64,000 bases of DNA from contig JBDLJQ010000009.1 of NCBI GenBank assembly GCA_039714255.1, forward strand, positions 3,000-66,999, in the 5' to 3' direction. This DNA is from Acidobacteriota bacterium. Lineage in GTDB: Bacteria > Acidobacteriota > Aminicenantia > UBA2199. Position numbers and translations under genes: made by a program. This document shows positions 18,647 through 28,672 of the stretch, one piece after another. The notes beneath the pieces are model-generated. The model made no database searches. It was not told the DNA's origin and saw only the letters and a program-made list of their open reading frames with translations. The number at the start of each line of letters is the position of its first letter. Position 1 is the stretch's first letter.

Positions 18647-20176
18647 TCAAACCTCATCGGCACTATCCGGTTTATAAAATATGATCTTAAAAACAGTCCC
18701 TTTTTCATCGGAACTGACAAGCACGATCTCTCCGTTTAAAAAGTTAAGCACCTTTTTAACAATTGCAAGCCCCATTCCGGTCCCCTTTTCCCGGGAAGTA
18801 TAAAAAGGATACCAGATCTTATCGCCTGAAATGTCTTTAATTCCATCCCCGTTATCTTTAAAGAATACCCTGTATTCGCCATGATCTCCTTTTTCCGCCT
18901 TTATCTCAACTTTATCTGCATTGGCATCTTTCGAATTCAACAAAAGGTTTGAGAATACCGAATACAACAGGTTACGGTCACTTAAAATAAAAACATCTTC
19001 TCTGGGTGATCTGTTTATTTTTATTCCTATTTCTCCGGCCAGGCCTGTGATAAATTTGTTTAGATCAATTTTTTCCAGGTCACCGGGATTGACAGGTTTT
19101 GAAAACTTTAAAAAGTTTTCCATCATTTCTGTTAAAAAAACGATTTCACGGTTTATCTTTTTTATTTTTACCGATTCGCTTTTTATTGTTTTTGTATAAC
19201 CATAAATGACACCCAGAGAATTTCTTATCTCATGGGTCAGGAAAATTGCCATCTCCCCTAACATTTCAAAATTTTTTCTGCCTGTACTTATTTCTTCTCT
19301 TTTTTTCTGTTCCGTAATATCCCTGATGATGACCATGCTTCCTATGGAGCTCAATGGTATAAGCTCAACAAAAAAAACCTTTTCTTTTACATCAACCTCC
19401 CCGGAGATCTTTTTCTCTTTGTTCTGATCTACAAAATTTGCTATTTCAATAAAATCTGCAAAGACCACATGAAGTGTATTATTCCGGGCAAATGCAAAAC
19501 TTTTTGAAAAGATCCTTTCTGCAGATGGATTAAAAATTTCTACCCGGCCTTTCTCATTCAGTAGAATGATGGCAGAATTGATCTTATTTATAATACTTTT
19601 GTTAACCTTTTCAGATCTTTCAACATCAAAGCTTTGTTTTTTAACGATCTCATTAAGTTCAACTTCCCTGTCTTTCAGCTTCACCATATAGTCCTGAAAA
19701 AGAGAAATATTCTGTTTATCGATATCTGAACCCCTCCTTTTATACAGGAAGACCAGATATATGCCGGTAATGATTATAAAAACCCCAAGGAGGACCACAA
19801 GGGCAGAAAGAAATTTTTTTAACTTTCCTATTATCATCAGGGAAGGTGATTCTATCCTTTTTCTGAATCTTACAGTTTTTTTTTTTCCTTTTTTCAGATC
19901 AACAAAATAAATTATATTGCCTTCTTCCACCTGCTCAAACTCTTTATTCTCTCCTGCTCCCATAAGAAATATTTCATCAAAGAATTTTTCACTTCTTAAC
20001 AGATCAATATTTTCCCCATATTTCAATATGCTATATTTTGCCTGGAGGAGAATTTTCTCTTTCAGATGACTTATCTCTCTGGTCTCAAGTGCGCCCGCAA
20101 GAGAACTTATATTTTCAAAAAAGAAAACCAGAAAAATCTGAATTACCAGTAAAAGTACCACTGAACTTTTTCTCAT
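18647..20176 (-). CDS. Membrane-bound sensor histidine kinase (two TM segments, PAS-like region, HisKA, HATPase_c); orphan, with no adjacent response regulator
   Basis: H-box HEIRNSLGVI. N, G1 and G2 boxes (DNGDGI, GTGMGLAIV). Hydrophobic segments at residues about 5-25 and 125-147. Confidence 0.75.
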   Translation of the reverse strand: MRKSSVVLLLVIQIFLVFFFENISSLAGALETREISHLKEKILLQAKYSILKYGENIDLLRSEKFFDEIFLMGAGENKEFEQVEEGNIIYFVDLKKGKKKTVRFRKRIESPSLMIIGKLKKFLSALVVLLGVFIIITGIYLVFLYKRRGSDIDKQNISLFQDYMVKLKDREVELNEIVKKQSFDVERSEKVNKSIINKINSAIILLNEKGRVEIFNPSAERIFSKSFAFARNNTLHVVFADFIEIANFVDQNKEKKISGEVDVKEKVFFVELIPLSSIGSMVIIRDITEQKKREEISTGRKNFEMLGEMAIFLTHEIRNSLGVIYGYTKTIKSESVKIKKINREIVFLTEMMENFLKFSKPVNPGDLEKIDLNKFITGLAGEIGIKINRSPREDVFILSDRNLLYSVFSNLLLNSKDANADKVEIKAEKGDHGEYRVFFKDNGDGIKDISGDKIWYPFYTSREKGTGMGLAIVKKVLNFLNGEIVLVSSDEKGTVFKIIFYKPDSADEV

Positions 20177-20208
20177 TGTATCTCCATATTTTTATTCAAA
20201 GAAAGTTG

Positions 20209-20973
20209 TTATAAATACAATATCTGGATTTTATTGAATATCAGATCTCCCCAGAAATAAGAGATATATCCTCCGATACCCAGAAAAACACCGAAAGGGA
20301 GTGCATGTTTCAGGTTTTTATTGTGAAAGAGAATCATAATGATACCCACAAGCAGCCCGGAAACAGACGCCAGCAATATTGCCACAATAAGTTTTTGGGC
20401 GCCCAGAAAAACACCCAGCATAAAAACCATTTTTATATCACCCTGCCCAAGTCCTTCAATATTTCTTACTTTTAAATAAAAAAAATAAATACCCAGAAAC
20501 ATTAAAGAAACAAAAAGCCCGGACAAAATTGCTTCCAGAGCAGAAACAAAAGGGTTGAAAAATGAATATATAAAGAACAATATTCCTCCTCCGATGGTAA
20601 GTTCATCCGGAAGGATCATATGCTTCAGATCAATAAATGCAAGGACTATAAGGATCAAAAGGAATATAATTGAAAAAACAGCATAAACCGGTGAATAACT
20701 GAAATTATGCCAGGTGAACCAGAATGTGAATCCGGATAAAGCTTCCACAAAAGGATATTGAATTGATATTCCTGTTTTACAATTTCTACATTTTCCCCCG
20801 AGAATGATATAACTGATAACCGGAATATTGTCATAGGCCTTTACCTGTTTCCTGCATCCCGGACAATAGGATCTGGGCTTCACTATACTTTCCCCCAGCG
20901 GCAGTCTGAAAATTATAACATTTAAAAAACTTCCGAAAATTAATCCCAGAAGTATAATTACTATTTCTTCCAC
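20209..20973 (-). CDS. Prepilin peptidase (A24 family; PilD/ComC-like)
   Basis: N-terminal tetra-Cys zinc region (CPGCRKQ...CRNC), multiple transmembrane helices and the conserved GGGILF / GQGD(I/V)K blocks. Confidence 0.75.
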   Translation of the reverse strand: MEEIVIILLGLIFGSFLNVIIFRLPLGESIVKPRSYCPGCRKQVKAYDNIPVISYIILGGKCRNCKTGISIQYPFVEALSGFTFWFTWHNFSYSPVYAVFSIIFLLILIVLAFIDLKHMILPDELTIGGGILFFIYSFFNPFVSALEAILSGLFVSLMFLGIYFFYLKVRNIEGLGQGDIKMVFMLGVFLGAQKLIVAILLASVSGLLVGIIMILFHNKNLKHALPFGVFLGIGGYISYFWGDLIFNKIQILYL

Positions 20974-21800
20974 ATATACCCCTCTGACGGGTCTATTGTT
21001 CCCGTCCCTTTATTATATTTATACTCTGTACCCTTAAAATCTTTTGGAATTGTCCGGACATACCCGTATTTAACAAGACCTTCAAGTTTTTCAGGAAAAA
21101 CGCCATGAACATTCCTGTATTTTCTCAAAAATTTTTCCAGCTGTTTTTTATCAAGTTCAAATTTTATCTGGTACAAATGTAATCTGGCAGAGTGCTTCTC
21201 TGCATCTGAATCCGAATTGTCAAGCACTGCTCTCCACAATTCCCAGGCCTTATCCAGCCTGTCCTGCATATATATCTGGTGATATAACATTCTGGAAACA
21301 AAATCAGGAGCCCCCTCTATTTTCGACGCTTTTAAAAAATATTTTTCTGCAAGTTTATAATCCTTTAAATATTTAGAAGCATAATAACCGGAATCAACAT
21401 CAAATATCCACTCATTTTTAAAATTCTTTGCCCCTTTCTGTAAAAGGCGGATCGCCATTTTTATTTTATTCAGTTCCACTGCCATTATGGCCGATCCTAT
21501 TATATAGGGATCTTTATATCCGGGGGAAACATCTGTTATCAGATTATATATATCTTCTATATGGTCATGCGAATTTGTAAGGTTATAATCCGAATAGAAC
21601 TGGATAGACCAGATATAAAGCATATCCGCTACAAGATCGCTGAACCCGAAGGAGAGGATTTTAACAGTTTTACCTGCAGGAAGGGTAAGGAAAACCTCTC
21701 GTTTCCTGAAATAGTCTGTATTAATATCATAATAATATTGTGAAAATGCTGCAAGAATTAAAAAAACAACGGAAAAAAAGAGAGTTTTATGATATTTCAT
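20961..21800 (-). CDS. Secreted α-helical (TPR-like) hypothetical protein, 279 aa
   Basis: Signal peptide present. It overlaps both the upstream ABC-2 permease gene and the downstream prepilin peptidase gene, which places it inside their operon. Confidence 0.4.
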   Translation of the reverse strand: MKYHKTLFFSVVFLILAAFSQYYYDINTDYFRKREVFLTLPAGKTVKILSFGFSDLVADMLYIWSIQFYSDYNLTNSHDHIEDIYNLITDVSPGYKDPYIIGSAIMAVELNKIKMAIRLLQKGAKNFKNEWIFDVDSGYYASKYLKDYKLAEKYFLKASKIEGAPDFVSRMLYHQIYMQDRLDKAWELWRAVLDNSDSDAEKHSARLHLYQIKFELDKKQLEKFLRKYRNVHGVFPEKLEGLVKYGYVRTIPKDFKGTEYKYNKGTGTIDPSEGYMWKK

Positions 21801-22561
21801 TAAAACTCACGTCTGTTAAATATATAAATAGAAAGTGTAAGTATTGCACTGACAAAAAAGGATCCGTAAAGGATGGTACTGACAAATACATCCGTTTTAA
21901 CAGCTTCCCCCATTACAACAGAGTTTTTTATATTAAATTTTTCCAGATTAGGGAAGATATAATAAAAAAAGTATGCAAAAGCTTTCTCAAAAGTACCGGT
22001 GATCTTATATTTGAACTCATTAAATGTCCATACAAAATGACCGATAAAATAGATCGATATAGTAAAAATGGAGGAGAGGATCGGTGTTGAGAATGAAGAG
22101 AAAAGTATTGAAACAGAGATCAGGATCAGAAGTTCAAAATAAAGGAATAGAAAATATAAAAGCAGTATCAGGTCAATATTTCCCGTAAAAACATACAAAA
22201 AAAACATAAACATTGCCGCCATTAATGTCAAAGCTACAGACAAGGTAAATGCAAGGCCCAGGAACTTTCCCAGGATGAAGTCTCTGCGATGGACAGGTTT
22301 GCTGAGAATATTGTAGACAGTTTTTTTTTCTATCTCTTTATATACAAGATTTATACCTGAAAAAACCGCTATAAGTACTGAAAAAAAATTTATCGATGCG
22401 AGCCCTATATCTTTAATGATCTTGGATGTATCGCCAATGGTCAAAAGACTGATAATTCTTGAACTGAAGGAGAAAAAGATCCCGAAAAAGATCAGAAGAT
22501 AAAATATCTTGTTTCTTACAGCCTCCTTAAAAGTATTAACTGCAATTGCCTTTATTTTCAT
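21800..22561 (-). CDS. ABC-2 type transporter permease
   Basis: Six predicted transmembrane helices. The start was set at the internal ATG (MKIKAIAVNTF), which gives an ATGA overlap with the ATPase stop. Confidence 0.6.
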   Translation of the reverse strand: MKIKAIAVNTFKEAVRNKIFYLLIFFGIFFSFSSRIISLLTIGDTSKIIKDIGLASINFFSVLIAVFSGINLVYKEIEKKTVYNILSKPVHRRDFILGKFLGLAFTLSVALTLMAAMFMFFLYVFTGNIDLILLLYFLFLYFELLILISVSILFSSFSTPILSSIFTISIYFIGHFVWTFNEFKYKITGTFEKAFAYFFYYIFPNLEKFNIKNSVVMGEAVKTDVFVSTILYGSFFVSAILTLSIYIFNRREF

Positions 22562-23469
22562 TTTTCTATTTCCTGGATAAAGATATCTTCCAGGGTCCGG
22601 CTGATCCTTGAAACAGATATACATTCTCCCCCGCTTTTCTCAATAAACTTAAAAGCATCATTGAGATTTGCTCTGTCCTCAAGTTTTATCATAATTTTTT
22701 TCCCGATCCCGGTATAATCATATCCCTTCTCTTTTAAAATATGCTCCTCAAGCCCCAGCACCGTAATCTCATGATATTTTACAGTCTCACCAACCAGTTC
22801 CCTCAGTTTACCCTCTTTTGAGATCCTTCCTTTAACTATTATCCCTACATCATCAACGATCATTTCCATATCCTGAAGGATATGTGAGGAAAAAAAGACA
22901 GTCCTTCCCTCAGCTTTTAAAGCAATTATAATATCTCTCAATTCCTTTCTGCCCATAGGATCAAGCCCGGTAAAAGGTTCATCAAGTATCACCAGGTGGG
23001 GATCATTGATCAAGGCCTGGGCCAGACCTATCCGCTGGAGCATCCCCTTGGAAAATTTTTTTAATTTAATATTCTCTTTCCCGTTCAATCCCACCAGCTT
23101 CAGGATTTCATCAGACCTTTTCTCTACCTCTTTTCCCGGAATTGAAAATAACCTGCCACTGAATCGGAGGGTCTCCCTGGCTGTCAGATAGTCATAATAG
23201 TAAGGGCTTTCAGGAAGGAAACCTATCTTGTTCCTGTAAGAAAAGGATTCCACAGGTTTCCCGAAAACATTTATGGAACCTGAATCTGGAAATATCAATC
23301 CGAGAATACACTTTATCGTTGTGGTCTTACCGGCCCCGTTGGGGCCGAGAAACCCATAGATACTCCCTTCTTCTACATTAATATTGACCGATCTGAGTAC
23401 ATCAATATTCCTGAAGAGAAAGTTTGACCTGAAAGACTTCGTTAACTCATTAACCTCTAAGGCCTTCAT
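22558..23469 (-). CDS. ABC transporter ATP-binding protein
   Basis: Walker A GPNGAGKTT, signature FSKGMLQRIGLA, Walker B LVILDEP. Confidence 0.8.
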   Translation of the reverse strand: MKALEVNELTKSFRSNFLFRNIDVLRSVNINVEEGSIYGFLGPNGAGKTTTIKCILGLIFPDSGSINVFGKPVESFSYRNKIGFLPESPYYYDYLTARETLRFSGRLFSIPGKEVEKRSDEILKLVGLNGKENIKLKKFSKGMLQRIGLAQALINDPHLVILDEPFTGLDPMGRKELRDIIIALKAEGRTVFFSSHILQDMEMIVDDVGIIVKGRISKEGKLRELVGETVKYHEITVLGLEEHILKEKGYDYTGIGKKIMIKLEDRANLNDAFKFIEKSGGECISVSRISRTLEDIFIQEIEK

Positions 23470-23519
23470 AATTTGTCCCTCTCTTCAGGATACAATTATA
23501 TTTATTTGGAAATTTTAAT

Positions 23520-26147
23520 TCAAATCTCCTTCTTCAATTTCGCCTGGGCAAGTGCAAGACGTGCTATTGGAACCCTGTAAGGAGAGCAGGACACATAGTT
23601 CATACCTGCGTTATAACAGAACTCAACAGAACTGGGTTCACCGCCATGCTCACCGCAAATACCAACTTTAAGGCCGGAATTTGACTGACGCCCCTTTTCT
23701 ATACCAATTTTCATCAACTGGCCGACACCTTCCTGGTCAAGAACCTGAAACGGATCATTTTTCAGAACTCCCTTCTCTACATATTCGGGGAGAAAAACAC
23801 CGGCATCATCTCTTGAATAACCAAATGCCATCTGGGTAAGATCATTAGTCCCGAATGAGAAAAAATCTGCATTTTCAGCTATTTTATCTGCAACAAGACA
23901 AGCTCTGGGTATTTCTATCATTGTTCCAACGAGAAATTCCAGTGAATCATTCTCTTCCCTGAATATCTTATCGGCTTTTGCTATTATCAGGTCTTTCAGG
24001 AAACTGAACTCCGCATCAGTTCCGGTCAACGGCACCATAATTTCAGGAAGAACTTTTATTCCCTCTTTTTTAACCTTGAGGGCAGATTTAATTATCGCTT
24101 CTGTCTGCATTTCCGCAATCTCCGGATATGTTATTGCAAGCCTGCATCCTCTGTGCCCGAGCATTGGATTAAATTCTTTCAGAGAATCTGTTTTTTCTTT
24201 CAGTAATTTAAAATCAACATTTATGGTTTCCGAAAGTTCCCTGAGTTCAGCATCGGAATGTGGTAAAAATTCATGCAGAGGAGGGTCAAGCAGCCTTATG
24301 GTTACCGGAAGCCCGTCCATTGCCTTGAAAATCCCGACAAAATCATCCATCTGCATAGGGAGTATTTTATTAAGAGCTTTTTCTCTTCCCTCCTTATTTT
24401 CTGCAAGGATCATTTCCCTTACTGCATCTATCCTGTCCCCTTCAAAGAACATATGTTCAGTTCTTGCAAGGCCGATCCCTTCGGCTCCGAATTTTCTTGC
24501 AATTACACTGTCCTTCGGTGTATCTGCATTTGTACGAACATTAATTTCTCTCTCTTCATCAACCCAGGTCATAAACTTTTCAAATTCTCCGGAGATCTCA
24601 GGGGTAGTCAGTTTTAACTCTCCTTCTATTACTTCTCCTTTTGTTCCATTCAAAGTGATCAGATCAAATTCTTTGTAGGCTTTACCTGAAATCTCACACG
24701 TATTATCATTCTTTATAACAAGATCTCCGCAGCCTGCTACACAACACTTGCCCATCCCTCTGGCAACAACGGCAGCATGTGATGTCATTCCACCGGTGGC
24801 AGTCAGAATACCCTCTGCAGCATTCATGCCGCCAATATCTTCAGGTGAAGTTTCTTTTCTTACCAGGATAACCTTCTCACCTTTTGCAGCCATCTCTTCA
24901 GCTTTTTCTGCGGAAAAAACAATCTTTCCTATTGCAGCTCCGGGGGAAGCGGGAAGGCCCTTTGCAAGAGTGGAGTATTTCTGGCCGGGATCGATGCTGG
25001 GATGTAAAAGCTGGTCGAGGTCTTCCGGAGAAACACGCATTATTGCTTCCCTTTTTGTTAAAAGGCCCTCATTGACCATATCAGCGGCTATTTTTATTGA
25101 AGCAAAGCCAGTCCTCTTTCCGTTTCTTGTCTGAAGCAGAAACAGGTTTCCATCCTGAATTGTAAACTCCATATCCTGCATATCCCTGTAATGTTTTTCA
25201 AGTATATCTTTAAAAGAAATCAACTGGTCATATATTGAAGGGTTTTCCTCCTGGAGTTCAGAAACAGGATTCGGTGTTCTTATTCCGGCTACAACATCTT
25301 CACCCTGTGCATTCATCAGATATTCACCATAATATTTATTTTCACCGGTTGAGGGATTTCTTGAAAATGTTACACCTGTACCGGATGTGTCTCCAAGGTT
25401 TCCAAATACCATTGCCTGTACATTAACGGCTGTCCCCTTTAACCCCGTGATATTATTCAATTCTCTGTATTTATCTGCCCTCGGGTTATGCCAGGATCCG
25501 AATACCGCATCAATAGATTTCCATAACTGTACCAGTGGATCCTGAGGAAATTCTTCTCCTGTCTCTCTAACAACAAGTTCCTTGAATTTTGAGACAATAA
25601 CTTCAAGATCATCAGAACTCAACTCTACATCAGTCCTTAATCCCTTCTTCTCTTTCTCTTCGTCAAGGATCTCTTCAAATTTTTCATGCTCAACTCCAAG
25701 AACAACATTTCCGAACATCTGAATAAATCTTCTGTAAGAATCATATGCAAACCTGATGTTACCGGAAAGGGAAGTTAGCCCTTTAACCGATTTATCATTC
25801 ATGCCCAGGTTCAGAACCGTATCCATCATTCCCGGCATTGAAACAGCTGCTCCGGACCTGACTGAAACCAGCAATGGATCATTCTCATCACCCAGCCTTT
25901 TACCCATCAGAGACTCAAGTTTTCTCAGATTTTCTTCTACTTCAAGCTTCACATCTTCCGGATATGAACTATTGTTTTTATAAAATATTTCACATACTTC
26001 AGTAGTTATTGTAAATCCCGGTGGGATCGGTAGCCCGATACTGCTCATTTCTGCAAGATTGGCACCTTTTCCTCCTAAAAGATCTTTTAATTCCTTTTTT
26101 CCGTCCGTATTTTCCTTCGAAAAAAAATAGACATGATTCGCAGACAT
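23520..26147 (-). CDS. ppdK: Pyruvate, phosphate dikinase
   Basis: 875 aa. ATP-grasp N-terminus (GGKGANLAEM), phosphohistidine domain (GGMTSHAAVVARGMG) and PEP-utilising C-terminal domain. Confidence 0.9.
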   Translation of the reverse strand: MSANHVYFFSKENTDGKKELKDLLGGKGANLAEMSSIGLPIPPGFTITTEVCEIFYKNNSSYPEDVKLEVEENLRKLESLMGKRLGDENDPLLVSVRSGAAVSMPGMMDTVLNLGMNDKSVKGLTSLSGNIRFAYDSYRRFIQMFGNVVLGVEHEKFEEILDEEKEKKGLRTDVELSSDDLEVIVSKFKELVVRETGEEFPQDPLVQLWKSIDAVFGSWHNPRADKYRELNNITGLKGTAVNVQAMVFGNLGDTSGTGVTFSRNPSTGENKYYGEYLMNAQGEDVVAGIRTPNPVSELQEENPSIYDQLISFKDILEKHYRDMQDMEFTIQDGNLFLLQTRNGKRTGFASIKIAADMVNEGLLTKREAIMRVSPEDLDQLLHPSIDPGQKYSTLAKGLPASPGAAIGKIVFSAEKAEEMAAKGEKVILVRKETSPEDIGGMNAAEGILTATGGMTSHAAVVARGMGKCCVAGCGDLVIKNDNTCEISGKAYKEFDLITLNGTKGEVIEGELKLTTPEISGEFEKFMTWVDEEREINVRTNADTPKDSVIARKFGAEGIGLARTEHMFFEGDRIDAVREMILAENKEGREKALNKILPMQMDDFVGIFKAMDGLPVTIRLLDPPLHEFLPHSDAELRELSETINVDFKLLKEKTDSLKEFNPMLGHRGCRLAITYPEIAEMQTEAIIKSALKVKKEGIKVLPEIMVPLTGTDAEFSFLKDLIIAKADKIFREENDSLEFLVGTMIEIPRACLVADKIAENADFFSFGTNDLTQMAFGYSRDDAGVFLPEYVEKGVLKNDPFQVLDQEGVGQLMKIGIEKGRQSNSGLKVGICGEHGGEPSSVEFCYNAGMNYVSCSPYRVPIARLALAQAKLKKEI

Positions 26148-27307
26148 TATTCCTCCTCAAGAATCTCTTCTGTAAATATATTTTTTAGTTTTAAGATTTT
26201 CATTTCGCTTTCAACGAACTCAACGTTGTGTCCTCTGAATATTCCGGTAACATTTTCCGGAATTCTATCCTTATAAAAAACATAAATCGATGCAGATTTA
26301 TTTAAATTGAGGACAGGACCAAAAATCTTATCGTTATATGTACTAAAGTTTTCTATATCAATTATAACATATTTATAGTCCCGGAACTCCGGTTTGAAAT
26401 CATAATTATTTCCCAGGTTAACATCATCAATTTCAACCTGATCTTCCCCGGTGAAAATTTCCCTGAACAGATCGGTTTCATGTTCACTGAAATTCACAAA
26501 TAAGACCCTGGTTTTATTGTTTTTTTTCCTTCCCTGGAAATCTTCTTTATCTCTAATTGGAAATTTTATCTTAAGTTTACAATATTCACCTTTAACAGAC
26601 TCCACATCAACTATTCCCATGTGATTTGAAATGATCTTTTCAGCCAGCAAAAGCCCGAGTCCGCTCTTCCCGGGTGCCCCCGAATAAAAGGGCATCCACA
26701 TAAAGTCCAGTTCTTCTTCATCAAGACCTTGTCCATTATCAATGATATGCAATAATATTTCATCATTCCGGGAAAAAGTTTTTATACTGATCTTTCCACT
26801 TTTTTCCCCCTTCATATTTATGGAATTTATGGAATTATCAATAATGCAACTTAACAATTTACCAATTTGTCCTTCAGAAAACAGAGAAGGCGGGATTGAT
26901 CCTTCAAGGTCAAATTCCAGTTCAATCGTATTTTTCCTGATTTTCCCGAATAATTCCTTTTGTTTTAGTATAATTCTGTTCAAATTATCCATAAATTTTG
27001 GTATCGGGACTGTTTCAAATGAGTCTTTCAGCTCATCAAAAAGATCTTTTAATTCCAATGCATTTTTTTCTACTTTATCAACCTTGCCCATCAACCGATC
27101 ATCTTTCAGCTTCATTTGCAGGATCTGTGTATAACCAAGAATGGGAGTTAATTTATTTTTCAGTTTATGAAATATTATCGGAAGTACTTCAGCACTGACA
27201 TCATTCTGCTGGGCTGAGTCCAGAGCATCTCCCTTTTGTTTTAGTAGATTTACAAGTTTTCTGGTTTCAGATAAGAGAAGTTCATATTTTAATTTTTCGT
27301 GTTTCAT
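26147..27307 (-). CDS. Soluble histidine-kinase-like protein (HisKA + HATPase_c) with a C-terminal pseudo-receiver-like domain; co-transcribed with ppdK
   Basis: H-box HKLKNKLTPILGYTQIL. G1 IDNGQGL. G2 GKSGLGLLLAEKI. No transmembrane segment. The C-terminal 130 aa has a βα pattern (RVLFVNF...YVIIDIEN). Its stop codon overlaps the ppdK start by 1 nt. Confidence 0.55.
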   Translation of the reverse strand: MKHEKLKYELLLSETRKLVNLLKQKGDALDSAQQNDVSAEVLPIIFHKLKNKLTPILGYTQILQMKLKDDRLMGKVDKVEKNALELKDLFDELKDSFETVPIPKFMDNLNRIILKQKELFGKIRKNTIELEFDLEGSIPPSLFSEGQIGKLLSCIIDNSINSINMKGEKSGKISIKTFSRNDEILLHIIDNGQGLDEEELDFMWMPFYSGAPGKSGLGLLLAEKIISNHMGIVDVESVKGEYCKLKIKFPIRDKEDFQGRKKNNKTRVLFVNFSEHETDLFREIFTGEDQVEIDDVNLGNNYDFKPEFRDYKYVIIDIENFSTYNDKIFGPVLNLNKSASIYVFYKDRIPENVTGIFRGHNVEFVESEMKILKLKNIFTEEILEEE

Positions 27308-27433
27308 TGCATTTTTGAAATATACTCAATTATAGTCGATTTTTTGATTCATGGCAATATTTACCTCTATCACATTATTTATCCCTGCTCAGGATAAAAT
27401 TTGTTGTATTTTTGTAAAAAGCAGTAATTACCA

Positions 27434-27462
27434 TTGACTTTTTTTTGTGAAATTTATATTAT
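27434..27462 (+). promoter_or_regulatory. σ70-like promoter TTGACT-17-TATTAT upstream of citrate synthase
   Basis: Read directly: TTGACT at 27434-27439 and TATTAT at 27457-27462, followed by a GGAGG RBS and the ATG at 27511. Confidence 0.4.
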
Positions 27463-27510
27463 AGTTTGTTATTAAATACTTATTTATAGTAAAAAAAACT
27501 GGAGGTAAAA

Positions 27511-28671
27511 ATGAGCATTTTAACAAACGACGGAGAAATAAAATATGCAAAAGGGCTTGAAGGAGTAATTGCTGCCATAAGTTCAATTTCTTTTATTGAC
27601 GGGGGCAAAGGTATCCTTGTATATCGGGGACACTCTATTGAAACCCTTGCCAAACATTCAAATTTTGAAGAGGTTGCATATTTGCTGATTTACGGCGAAC
27701 TTCCGACAAAAACACAGCTGGATATTTTTTCAAACACATTAAAAGATTACCGGACTATTGATCAACTCCTTACTGTAATTAAATCTTTTCCGCTGGATGC
27801 ACATCCCATGGATGTTATCAGGTCCACTATTTCCCTGTTGGGTATTTACTGCCCCGACAGATTCGATTTTTCAAAAGAGGTAAAGATTCAGAAAGTATTA
27901 CGTGTAATTGCAAAACTTCCAACTATAGTTGCCGCTTACAGCAGGTTGCGGGAAGGACTTGAACCGATATCTCCCGATCCCAGCCTTGGTCATGCAGAAA
28001 ACTTTTTATACATGCTGAACGGTAAAAAACCAGATCCGCTGCACTCAAAAATACTGGATATAAATTTAATACTCCATGCAGATCATGGAATGAATGCCTC
28101 AACTTTTTCATCAATGGTAACAATCTCAACATTATCCGATGTATATTCATCAATAACTTCCGGGATCGGCACATTAAAAGGGCCTTTGCACGGTGGCGCA
28201 AACGAGAGAGTTTTAAAAATGCTCGATGAGATCGGAGACCCTGCAAATGTAAAACAGTGGCTTGACGATACAATGGAAGAGAGAAAGAAAATAATGGGAT
28301 TCGGACACAGAGTATATACAGCCTACGATCCGAGAGCAAAGATCCTGAAAAAATATGCAAAACAACTGGGAGAAAATAACAAAGGGTCCAAATACTTTCA
28401 AATAGGAGAGAAAGTGGAAAAGTATATGATCGCAAAAGTTGGAGATAAGGGAATTCAACCGAATGTTGATTTCTATTCAGGGATAGTATTTAACCATATG
28501 GGAATTAAAACAGACCTCTTCACACCGATATTTGCCATTTCAAGATCTTCCGGCTGGGGGGCTCATCTGCTTGAATATCTGGAAGCAAACAGATTGTTCA
28601 GGCCAAGAGCTATCTATAACGGCCCGTTGCATGCAGAATATATTAAAATAGAAGAAAGAGAAGGAGAATGA
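27511..28671 (+). CDS. gltA: Citrate synthase (short, about 386 aa)
   Basis: GLEGV N-terminus and catalytic His/Asp blocks (GHRVYT, D-loop). It is the first gene of a three-gene plus-strand cluster. Confidence 0.8.
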   Translation: MSILTNDGEIKYAKGLEGVIAAISSISFIDGGKGILVYRGHSIETLAKHSNFEEVAYLLIYGELPTKTQLDIFSNTLKDYRTIDQLLTVIKSFPLDAHPMDVIRSTISLLGIYCPDRFDFSKEVKIQKVLRVIAKLPTIVAAYSRLREGLEPISPDPSLGHAENFLYMLNGKKPDPLHSKILDINLILHADHGMNASTFSSMVTISTLSDVYSSITSGIGTLKGPLHGGANERVLKMLDEIGDPANVKQWLDDTMEERKKIMGFGHRVYTAYDPRAKILKKYAKQLGENNKGSKYFQIGEKVEKYMIAKVGDKGIQPNVDFYSGIVFNHMGIKTDLFTPIFAISRSSGWGAHLLEYLEANRLFRPRAIYNGPLHAEYIKIEEREGE

Positions 28672-28672
28672 A

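Noticed and set aside
24076-25983. Multiple plus-strand ORFs of 114-200 aa inside ppdK
   Set aside because: They are antisense to a PPDK frame that is conserved over its full length. Their translations are Ser/Ile-rich with no motifs.
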